From an uncultured virus (IMG/VR IMGVR_UViG_3300021399_004696) (lineage: Duplodnaviria; Heunggongvirae; Uroviricota; Caudoviricetes), in the IMG/VR virus record IMGVR_UViG_3300021399_004696: a DNA stretch of 64,000 nucleotides. One strand, written 5' to 3'. Under the pieces are notes generated by a model. It was given only the letters and a program-made list of their open reading frames with translations. It was not told the origin of the DNA and made no database searches. Position numbers and translations under genes: made by a program. Within the stretch, counting starts at the first letter, position 1. Every line of letters begins with the position of its first letter. Positions 39,801 to 45,644 of this stretch are shown here, one piece after another.

Positions 39801-41260
39801 CTGTAGAGCAAGTAGATAACTGGGAGGGAACAGGGCGTGCTATGTTGATAGTTTCCTTCCACGATCTTACTGATCGAGCTAACAGTTGTAACGTTGTAGA
39901 TTGTAAGGTGACGGTTGAAAAGGATTATTTCAGTGTTATGTCTACAGGAACAGCAGGTTCGATACCTTTCCTGTTCGTTAACGAGACGCCTGAGATCCCT
40001 GATGATTACGTTACACAGAGTTATCAGTTTACTGAAAACCACGCTACTAATAATCCTAATCAGGCGTTTAGCAGTATCGCAGCAAATAATCAGCAGATCA
40101 GGATGGTAACTAACTACGCTAACAGGAATTTCCAGACGATTACAACGCCTCAGTACGGCTATTCCGCAACTATTGCAAATAGTTCCGGAGTGTACGGGGC
40201 TACTACAACGGTATTCCCTGGTGAAGATTTCAGTTATCGTTTGCGCTATAGTCAGCCCAGCGGTACCAGAACAGGTAATATCCACATTCAGGATACTCTT
40301 GACGGTGTCGGTACCTTGGTAAGTGTAGATGCGCCTTCAATGAGCGGTCTTAACGATCAGGGTCAGAACACAACTTGCGTACCTGTTATATGGTATTCTC
40401 TCGATGAGAATCCGGATTTTGACAATATAGATGCAACTCACGGATGGACAACAGACGCACCTGTAGGGCAGGTCGTTAAGGGGCTGTATGTAGATTATAG
40501 TACTGATATAAACGGTGATCCGTTTATCCTGAACGATCAGAGGTTTATTACGGTAACTGTTAACGAGACCAACGGGCCTTGGACAGATGGCAGAACATTT
40601 ACCAGTGAAAGTGAATTCGATTATTCACTTTATAACGGATTGTCGCCTTCTACAGACGGCTTGCTGTATCAGGGTGTTACCGGTGGTACAGTAGCCCTTC
40701 CTACATTAGAAATCACCAATAGAGCTAATCCGGCATCCGGAACCGAGGCTGAACCTCGTGAAGTCAAGAGAAATTCGAGTATTCAGTATACTATTACGGT
40801 TACTAATAATTCGGATCGTGCAGTACAGGATCTCAGGTTGGTTGATCCTCTTCCTGATTCGCTTATCTGGGATTATGAAAATATCCGAGTAGACGGCCTT
40901 ACGTTAGCTGATGCAGGTATTACAGATTATGATTTCACTAATGGTCTTAATCTTGTTATTCCTAACCTCAGTAAAAACGGTTCAGTAACAATAACAGTTC
41001 CCACGATAGCTGACGCACCTGCAGAAACACGCATTGAGACAACAGCGCATATCACAGAAGTGTTTGGTGTGGCTTTGGAGCCTGAACAGGTTTATAATTC
41101 CAATACCACTTACCACAGCATTTTGTTGATAGTACCTGATCCTACAGGGTTTAATGCAAACTTTATCAAAGAGGCTCTGCCGTTGTTCGGCGTGACATTG
41201 TGCTTACTTCTTATCGTTTATGAAGTCAAGCCCAGGAGGAAGGAGGAGACAAGTGACTAA
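30863..41260 (+). CDS. giant surface adhesin: BspA-like ~26-aa repeats, Listeria-Bacteroides repeats, DUF11-like domain, sortase signal
   Basis: Many WDxSxVTxMxxMF repeats; FDPNGG..GYTFLGW..LYAxW repeats; VPDPTG followed by TM and basic tail. Confidence 0.9.
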   Translation: MYRAKTKVLAFSVTTALMFNVFGGGVALAVESADTTDETVPEGYTYEETAETEDPEDIPAVERTDLIEPEEGESTTETEEADPTDATETEATESGESSEEVTPAVVSIDDIDDVSDTDVLVVESDETETTEAVEAVEEPAFDMTVSLDDVDVRVMADEGVLPVGATLSVSVVDDVDTDELIDRGDNEIVALSTVYDITIFDENGQEIQPDGDVRVLFYDTRFADSNLTASVYHIEDEEAVELDYVFVDENDEITEDIDEMIAVEAVTDGFSYYTVEFTYEEMEYTLSGGADVALSEILNTLGLEGDVTATSVSNNTLFNVIEENGVPVVRSLQAFDTEEWLKVIINGVEYTIVVTDAQTATVGTDAYAILYDSGKMVFQIGDTPDPDEGTVVSTWLVTAAPDTGSGVSPRPWNSNTDITSIDFKDPIEGITSGFNFFYGLTNLASITNIDNLGTSAMTAMNGMFQNCQSLTSIDLNYFDTSSVTNIGNMFYGCSSLTSLDLSSMDVSNAYSRACLFTGCSNLSSIDMSGWVWVNGPGSMAGVFSGFNPTNGVALDASEWSFRNGQPAHVFGRSFADSCIWTDIDVSNWDLSNLTSLQGFFCSPRIQHITGLDTWDVSGISSFDQTFQGASSLSAESLADTEGWDMSSATNLSNMFNGCYQATSFDLSGWNVENVTNFGNMFAGNYTLTELNVSGWDTSAAQNFSNFIGGTAIEEIDLTSFNTANTTGMNSMLASTALNKIIISDDFVIPANQTATTGYWRVGDTSTVLSAFANGQISATTPGNTYWRAYPVTFDPNGGTINGSTDTVTIYYSENVQDAFPADAERTAYNFMGWVDGDGVQYTQIVADMPDTLYASWSDYIPQTATVGVDAYAILYTDGSLVFQKGNIPDPEKTVAQGPLLLTATNNTWSTDSRWYNTATSMEFKDNIVGRTSLNQFFGYMNKVTSISHLERLDTSRVTSLTACFASSKVTSFPGLETWDMSSVVFMDRMFANCTNITDLSTLPFENWEFERPVTMDYMFRDCSGLTSLDGIEDLDMSHTTSTAAMFQNCNKITNVDALADWDMSNNTNMTSMFRSCTALLNADGIAGWDFSKVLSTASMFRLCSKLTSVPDFENKDWSSVTDMNSMFYSCTKLTDTSGLEYLDLTALTDMGSMFYQAGITDLNGLRGWNTPALQNMAYAFYRCASLADTTATIGWDLPSLTNMASAFYQDTSLVNLNGLSGWNTPALQDLSSTFSICTGLTDVDGLSGWDTTSVTTMENTFSGCSKLENLDGLSDWDTPALTTMYHTFINCQGLLDIDGLTDWDTPALTNMDRTFYNVNKVTNLDALAGWDVSHVTTLNSTFYNMTALTDISGLSSWNTGSVTNMASTFYGDRNITDYAPLSGWDVSSVTSLYSAFNNNTGLTDTDVFSEWRTPALDTAYGMFEGCSNLTTLDGLADWGPTHLTNMSRMCINCSSLVDMDGIADWDTQYVTTFDSLFSGCSSLEEIDMGSWDMSASWDSSYNNTSSMFTNCNALWKITLPETFRTAYATTSYNEPGLNGMWYRESDGARLQIRQDVLEGFDETDADTYYKEFTLNFYPMGGTVEPATIKLSVLGMDEDFPTPVRTGYTFLGWYDADGNLYTEYPVGRKLTKLYAHWDVAETYAIVFDPNGVEGINAVTRNVAFDESTQLNRDVFGDVSGYSLISWNTEPDGSGTEYSVNATVMRLAENPGDTITLYAQWVEQVPMTITVHYIDYKTGDELGSATYNTVSGSTWEDLGTDYYFTTDDSYTAYFWSKLPGLDGESRMDNPDYANSSTQYKSWYSYTSDNGQVVLYNTVLEETDTDLYVYMLPPVGFRIWYPQPLLDEVPDFTMTIDGVDYASGEYVLYMPFYDPTGTYSNGITRYTTRVSVNPYYTWATDANGTPVSGMSSTTSYPQADVELVTNRGATFTAPFTTVWYYLLADDSVSTTGSGNYAYTTYDTSNANTQYGYYNTLGYEYGGYYRGETYDFYICPHLTVDYNLNTGNPDTDSHPTRHWLSSGQNVDPTEQRVAYYMNTNAREGYTFLGWSYTPDGEVAIPASDTESARFNALEHTVLYAQWELTGDPTITPEPADSNARYIRITYNTQRSVVAPGTSFSNESQIMDMYYDVEYQESKVNPDTGIDEGGFTFGGYLPELMPIRDYMVTNSDGTTYYFDGWYTEPNGQGIKVEEGTDVYCAYTESMTLYGHWIEGVKIYFNAFGVNAPSSIDDLTYYGATNYSDGYKANTDTSIDAQYYMVMNPNVPIGNILKNINDRSTPATKTFIGWFMDDTDAQMLTGEELPIVDHVYWAHWSSDPAVTTVTSGDIEYSYRIEWANVSNRVSADKLWFVNKQPEQNMIISFSVNSPTQTLPAGAISIKLPYEGSMQNVAQYPDTTYGGFFSYRVVSPTWSNDTYIPGYYELINTVPISGAGIEGVVEIPAPTLRQSPTDKAYTVSITVDEDVDGTPEYEYEKEMSWHFEGGVSYLNGASYYQGTYYQTWNSSWGAQPAGSENYFYIDWELKASRSNSSYVDGSGVMSATAVGAPAEGVYTVKTTRRNAGSGSYRLHVIRAYPMSMIDPESGRCTVDEQFAVTWNPNFVVRGTTSPDTMIIDAEKTVRWERYTHVMLNYSMGRNGTAREKNVLENFVSATGSPITNLQWHVTYENSSPINREYDHGDLISSEWVNEEIALSVLPGDVYYNSGAPDDYYDWHPEFGNEVLGQEDYAITNLSIIRYSRTADAELDESMLWATSRIYTDPITVDLYVQRRGDTEPVYYNTYTFNNGSTSQQNITLPGNIVGVVAKTQTNGAYYSYFRILPTLKILHTDRMVTLMGNDYNQNASSVIKLGSHLDITYPDYGGYNPTNFWDEVHMEFSEAESTGSALLDLYEITGNRLGDVSIYAEGVCSSFTNNSSTGVQSAKFTFGVRHASTEATDYRNITDGTFYIYLPAGATARDISLVYGRTQSAMPTSGNRVSGKVPDSKYTVEQVDNWEGTGRAMLIVSFHDLTDRANSCNVVDCKVTVEKDYFSVMSTGTAGSIPFLFVNETPEIPDDYVTQSYQFTENHATNNPNQAFSSIAANNQQIRMVTNYANRNFQTITTPQYGYSATIANSSGVYGATTTVFPGEDFSYRLRYSQPSGTRTGNIHIQDTLDGVGTLVSVDAPSMSGLNDQGQNTTCVPVIWYSLDENPDFDNIDATHGWTTDAPVGQVVKGLYVDYSTDINGDPFILNDQRFITVTVNETNGPWTDGRTFTSESEFDYSLYNGLSPSTDGLLYQGVTGGTVALPTLEITNRANPASGTEAEPREVKRNSSIQYTITVTNNSDRAVQDLRLVDPLPDSLIWDYENIRVDGLTLADAGITDYDFTNGLNLVIPNLSKNGSVTITVPTIADAPAETRIETTAHITEVFGVALEPEQVYNSNTTYHSILLIVPDPTGFNANFIKEALPLFGVTLCLLLIVYEVKPRRKEETSD

Positions 41261-41411
41261 GGGGACTAAATTCATATTCACTTATCGTGATAAAGGAGAA
41301 AAGAAGAAAGTTGTTGTATGGGCAGCTACGGAAGAAGACGCAAAAGTACAGTTTTCGATATTTTTCCCTTTAATACACGATTATAGTGTATTTGTTGATT
41401 ACGACGCATAA
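41253..41411 (+). CDS. small hypothetical protein
   Basis: GGAGG RBS with GTG start overlapping the adhesin stop; 52 aa. Confidence 0.55.
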   Translation: MTKGTKFIFTYRDKGEKKKVVVWAATEEDAKVQFSIFFPLIHDYSVFVDYDA

Positions 41412-41437
41412 GCATTCTCCCGCTTTGCACATAGATT

Positions 41438-41470
41438 AAGGATCTGCCGATCGGCGGGTCCTTTTTCTTT
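41438..41470 (+). terminator. intrinsic terminator
   Basis: GGATCTGCCG/CGGCGGGTCC stem plus T run. Confidence 0.7.
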
Positions 41471-41503
41471 TACCGGGTGGAATGGATACCTGCATAGTAT
41501 AGT
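41471..41503 (+). promoter_or_regulatory. TACCGGG-N20-TATAGT promoter motif
   Basis: Variant of the recurrent motif. Confidence 0.65.
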
Positions 41504-41532
41504 TGAATTAGGATCTTAAGAGGAGGCGGACT

Positions 41533-42207
41533 ATGCGAATTATATATGACGCAACAGAACATAAGCAGGATGAAGAAAGGAATGAGGTCGAAAAGATCTT
41601 AGATCAGATCCCGAAGAATATTAGTAGTTCGAACATGTATAGAAATGCCGTAAGCGAAATGAACGCTTGTCCTATATGTGGGGGGCGTACCACTAAGGTA
41701 GGTTTTACTTGTTCTAGATCGGAAGCGGATTCGGAAATGGCAAGCCGTTGTTTGGAATACGATTATGTATATAGACTTAAAGCAGAATGTGAACAATGTT
41801 CTTCTGAGTGGGAAAGCGAGCCCTTTGCATATTGTGCGACATTTAATAAGAGTAAGTTGGAACGCACTCTGAAAAGAGATGTTGACGGGGCTTGGGGTTT
41901 TGGCTTGCTTTCTGCGGTTATAGTAGCAGTTTTGATAGCACTGGCTTGTACAACTAATATAGCTGTCGATGTATTGGTCGGGATCTTTATATTAGGGGCG
42001 TTGCCCACAGCTTTTGTAGCGATAGCGTTCGGGACTGGCGCGGTAACAGATTCGGTCTGGCTGAAAGAAGAAGAACGCGCTATGAAAGAATATAATGAAA
42101 CATATTTTGTGTATGGGAGTTGTTATTCGGAAGAATGGGAGTATGAGTCGGTAACAGACGGTATTGAAAAATTTTTAAAATCCGAGGGATACGACCCGAC
42201 ATATTAA
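41533..42207 (+). CDS. membrane protein with zinc ribbon
   Basis: CPIC..CEQC; two TMs. Confidence 0.8.
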   Translation: MRIIYDATEHKQDEERNEVEKILDQIPKNISSSNMYRNAVSEMNACPICGGRTTKVGFTCSRSEADSEMASRCLEYDYVYRLKAECEQCSSEWESEPFAYCATFNKSKLERTLKRDVDGAWGFGLLSAVIVAVLIALACTTNIAVDVLVGIFILGALPTAFVAIAFGTGAVTDSVWLKEEERAMKEYNETYFVYGSCYSEEWEYESVTDGIEKFLKSEGYDPTY

Positions 42208-42220
42208 GGGGGATAAGTAT

Positions 42221-42874
42221 ATGATTTACACTAATTGGGAAGATTTATACCGAGAATACAACAAAGAGCGTTCTGACATGTCGTTTGACGAAGAAGTTTC
42301 TTTTGTTGAAGATTGTTTTGATTCGTATGAACATTGGGGTTTTGCGCAGACATTTAAAACGCCCTATGAGGACAAGGCAAAGTACAACGGGATGAAATTT
42401 ACCGTTGATAAAAGGCTTTCTTATACAGAAGATGATGTCAATCTGGAAGTTCTTCCTATGTGGAAGATCAAGATGGAAAACGGCGATGTGATAGATGCAT
42501 ATCCTGAAGAAATATGTCTGGCTGAAAGAGAGCTGGTTATTACTGATGTTGATTTTGTATATACCGGCGGGGGCATCTTTCTATTCTGGGGCGCTCTTGA
42601 TAACGGGCAGTATTTTATTGCTGACGGAGATAGGTTCGATGTCAGGATCTTGAACGTTAATCCTAACGATTACGGCACAGATGACGAGATTTGGTACGCA
42701 GAGTGGCAGGAAGAACATCTGGTGCGCGATCTGAATACCGAGACCGAAGGGCCTGCTTTTATCCTTAAAATGTTTGACTGGATTCACAAGAATAAGGAAA
42801 ATGACCTCATGGACGGTATGGATTATATTGAAGAAGAGGCTGCAAGCCTGAGAGGTAAAAGAGGGTGGAGATAA
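42221..42874 (+). CDS. hypothetical protein
   Basis: 217-aa acidic ORF. Confidence 0.8.
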   Translation: MIYTNWEDLYREYNKERSDMSFDEEVSFVEDCFDSYEHWGFAQTFKTPYEDKAKYNGMKFTVDKRLSYTEDDVNLEVLPMWKIKMENGDVIDAYPEEICLAERELVITDVDFVYTGGGIFLFWGALDNGQYFIADGDRFDVRILNVNPNDYGTDDEIWYAEWQEEHLVRDLNTETEGPAFILKMFDWIHKNKENDLMDGMDYIEEEAASLRGKRGWR

Positions 42875-43851
42875 CGAGCATACAAAAAGAGGTCAATAAG
42901 ATATTAGAAGAATGTCCAAGTACTATTTTGTTAGGGTATGGCGGGAGTCACGCTTACGGCACGAATATTGAAACTTCCGATATAGATATCAGGGGCATTT
43001 ATATGAATCCTATAGAGGAGCTTATAGGCATCAGTGCCGATTCTGAGCAGTATATTCCTTCAGACGGTGATACAGTCATATATAGCATTAAAAAGATGTT
43101 TAAGCTTTTAGAAGACTGCAATCCTAATACGATCGAACTTTTAGGGCTTAATCCGGACGGCTATTTATATATCAGTCCTGCAGGTCAGCTTATACTGGAT
43201 AACAGCAGTGTCTTTTTATCCAAGAAAGCTACATATACTTTCGGTAATTACGCCAAAAGCCAACTTAACAGGCTTGTAAACAAGTCCGGCAGGGTCAGGG
43301 ACGAAGTCGAGGTAAACGAATTCCGTTCTTTGAAGAAAGTACAAGCATATTTGAAAAAGCGGTGGCCGAACATTGATCTGGAAGTTTTGTTTTATGATGA
43401 CCAACCCCATATTCAATTGAATAACAGCGTTGACATTGACACTTTTTCCAAGATCACTTCTGAGATCAATAATGTCCACGCCGATTATAAAAAGAGCATA
43501 CGAAATAATAAGGCAGAAGTTCATAATAAGCTTAGTAAACATATGATGCATCTTATCAGGCTGTATTATATGGGTATCGACATTTTGGAAAAAGGTGAGA
43601 TCAACACATATAGGGCAGAAGAGCATGATCTTTTAATGGATATTCGAAACTGTAAATATCTTGAAAAGGATATGGTAACTCCCACCTGGGATTTTATGAA
43701 TATTTTGACAAAGCTGAATGCCAGATTTGAATTGGCGTCAGTTAAATCCTCTTTACCTGAAAGGGCCGATAGGGATAAGATCAACTCTTTGATGCAGGAA
43801 TGTTTTGCTCTTTTTTACGGGGTGGAGATGCCAAAACCTTTTGAAATCTAA
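42865..43851 (+). CDS. Pol-beta superfamily nucleotidyltransferase (RlaP/YcgL-like)
   Basis: GGSHAYGT..SDIDIRG, NPNTIELL, KHMMHLIRL. Confidence 0.88.
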   Translation: MEITSIQKEVNKILEECPSTILLGYGGSHAYGTNIETSDIDIRGIYMNPIEELIGISADSEQYIPSDGDTVIYSIKKMFKLLEDCNPNTIELLGLNPDGYLYISPAGQLILDNSSVFLSKKATYTFGNYAKSQLNRLVNKSGRVRDEVEVNEFRSLKKVQAYLKKRWPNIDLEVLFYDDQPHIQLNNSVDIDTFSKITSEINNVHADYKKSIRNNKAEVHNKLSKHMMHLIRLYYMGIDILEKGEINTYRAEEHDLLMDIRNCKYLEKDMVTPTWDFMNILTKLNARFELASVKSSLPERADRDKINSLMQECFALFYGVEMPKPFEI

Positions 43852-43939
43852 TCTAAAAATTTTGAGGTTTTGTAAGAATCGCAAAGAATTATTAACGAAA
43901 ACTCACCTTTCGTTTTTCGAGGGCTTGGTGAGTGTCAAA

Positions 43940-43972
43940 TTCCGGGAGTTTTTAAGTGGGTTATGATAAAAC
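43940..43972 (+). promoter_or_regulatory. TTCCGGG-N20-TAAAAC promoter motif
   Basis: Recurrent motif; imperfect -10 hexamer. Confidence 0.6.
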
Positions 43973-44001
43973 AAGGCAAACGGAAAGGAATTTAATGAAA
44001 T

Positions 44002-45069
44002 ATGCCTCGACAATTAGCAAGTATTCAGAAGATTGACAGCTTAAGCCCGATTGAAGGGGCGGATATGATAGAACTTGCTCACATAAAAGGGTGGCAGGTT
44101 GTTGTCAAGAAGAATGAGTTTAAAGAGGGCGATCTCGGCGTGTATTTTGAGATCGATTCGTTTCTTCCTATAGATCCCCGATATGAGTTTTTGCGTAACA
44201 GCTCTTATAAGGTTTCCGACCTTCTGGGCGAAGGTTTCAGGATCAAAACAGTTAAATTGAGAGGTCAGTTAAGCCAAGGCCTTTTGTTATCGGTTAAAAA
44301 CTTTCCTGAGATCAAAGATCCCATTGTCGGTTCAGACGTTACTGAAATTCTCGGTGTTCGCAAGTGGGAGATCGCGACCAGGGCGTCGTCTTCTGGAACT
44401 ATAATCGCAGATCTTCCTTCATATGTTCCTTATACGGATGAGATACGCATTCAAAACATCCCTGAAGTTATCGAAGAGATTAACAGATATGAATATTATA
44501 TATCTGTTAAGATGGACGGCACTTCTTGCAGTGTTGCTATTGATACAGAAGGGCAGTTTCATGTTTTCGGGCATCAGTATGAATATGCGGATGATGGAAC
44601 AAGCACGTTTTATGAGTGGGTAAAAGCTCATCATGTTGAAGAGCTTCTTCGGGATCTGTGGGAACCCGGTACATCTATAACAGTGCAAGGGGAGTATTGC
44701 GGTGCGGGTATTCAGAAAAATACGGCTAAATTGAGAGAGCCTTACTGGTTTATATTTACTGTATTAAAAAACGGCAAGAGGATCTCTCTTCACGAGATGA
44801 AGCGGGTTTCTAACAGGCTTCGTATCAGAACAGTGCCGATCATTGAATGCGGAGAAAGAGGTTCGTTCATTAAGAAGCATCCTACAGTTGAAAAGATCTT
44901 GGAATTTGCGGACGGACAATACAAAGATTTTGATGATGAGACAAAAGATGTGGGAAGAAGAGAGGGTATCGTCATCAGGTCTCAGACTCCCGTGTATTCA
45001 TCGATCGTGTCCGGCGATCTGTCTTTTAAGGCGGTAAGTAATAAGTATTTATTGAAGAACGACGATTAA
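44002..45069 (+). CDS. ATP-dependent RNA ligase (DRB0094/Rnl2-like)
   Basis: N-terminal IEGADMIE..GWQVVV..YFEIDS; motif I KMDGTS; QGEY; EGIV; SFKAVSNKYL. Confidence 0.92.
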   Translation: MPRQLASIQKIDSLSPIEGADMIELAHIKGWQVVVKKNEFKEGDLGVYFEIDSFLPIDPRYEFLRNSSYKVSDLLGEGFRIKTVKLRGQLSQGLLLSVKNFPEIKDPIVGSDVTEILGVRKWEIATRASSSGTIIADLPSYVPYTDEIRIQNIPEVIEEINRYEYYISVKMDGTSCSVAIDTEGQFHVFGHQYEYADDGTSTFYEWVKAHHVEELLRDLWEPGTSITVQGEYCGAGIQKNTAKLREPYWFIFTVLKNGKRISLHEMKRVSNRLRIRTVPIIECGERGSFIKKHPTVEKILEFADGQYKDFDDETKDVGRREGIVIRSQTPVYSSIVSGDLSFKAVSNKYLLKNDD

Positions 45070-45123
45070 GACGGCCTTTAATTAATTTATGGGGAAATAA
45101 ATTAAGAAAGGAAGGTTCTTGTT

Positions 45124-45522
45124 ATGCCCGAGCTATCTAAAGCAGACCGTTTAGAGTCTTGTGCCATCCGCTGCAGGATTACGCAGCTTTTTATGGAGTT
45201 TAACCGGCTATCTGTTGATGAGGCCATGGAGAACGACATTAAAGAAGCCGCTAAGAGGATCTTGAAAAGCTATAACTATACGGATATCAGTCCGGACGAG
45301 GTGTGGGAAAGAGTTTATGAAATTTCCCGCATTGAAGCTGAAAATGACGAGGTTTATCCGGCAATACACTCTACATACATAGATTTTTTCGAAGACGCCA
45401 TCGACGACCTTTATAATATGGGGGCTCGTCGCTTAGGGAGTAAGGCTTGGTATATGAAGTACGAAAGTTTCCACCGAGCTAATAAGGAGGAAGATCCTCC
45501 GGAGGACGAAAACGACTTTTAG
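45124..45522 (+). CDS. hypothetical protein
   Basis: 132-aa ORF with RBS. Confidence 0.75.
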   Translation: MPELSKADRLESCAIRCRITQLFMEFNRLSVDEAMENDIKEAAKRILKSYNYTDISPDEVWERVYEISRIEAENDEVYPAIHSTYIDFFEDAIDDLYNMGARRLGSKAWYMKYESFHRANKEEDPPEDENDF

Positions 45523-45546
45523 ATTTTTTTCGAAAATCGGTTAAAA

Positions 45547-45579
45547 TTCCGGGTTTTTGACGGCGACGTTGTGTAAAAT
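45547..45579 (+). promoter_or_regulatory. TTCCGGG-N20-TAAAAT promoter motif upstream of the polymerase gene
   Basis: Recurrent motif. Confidence 0.7.
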
Positions 45580-45644
45580 CTACTTAGAAAACAAGACGGA
45601 TATGTGGGATTGGCTACCCTGCATATTTGGGAAGGTAGAACGAC

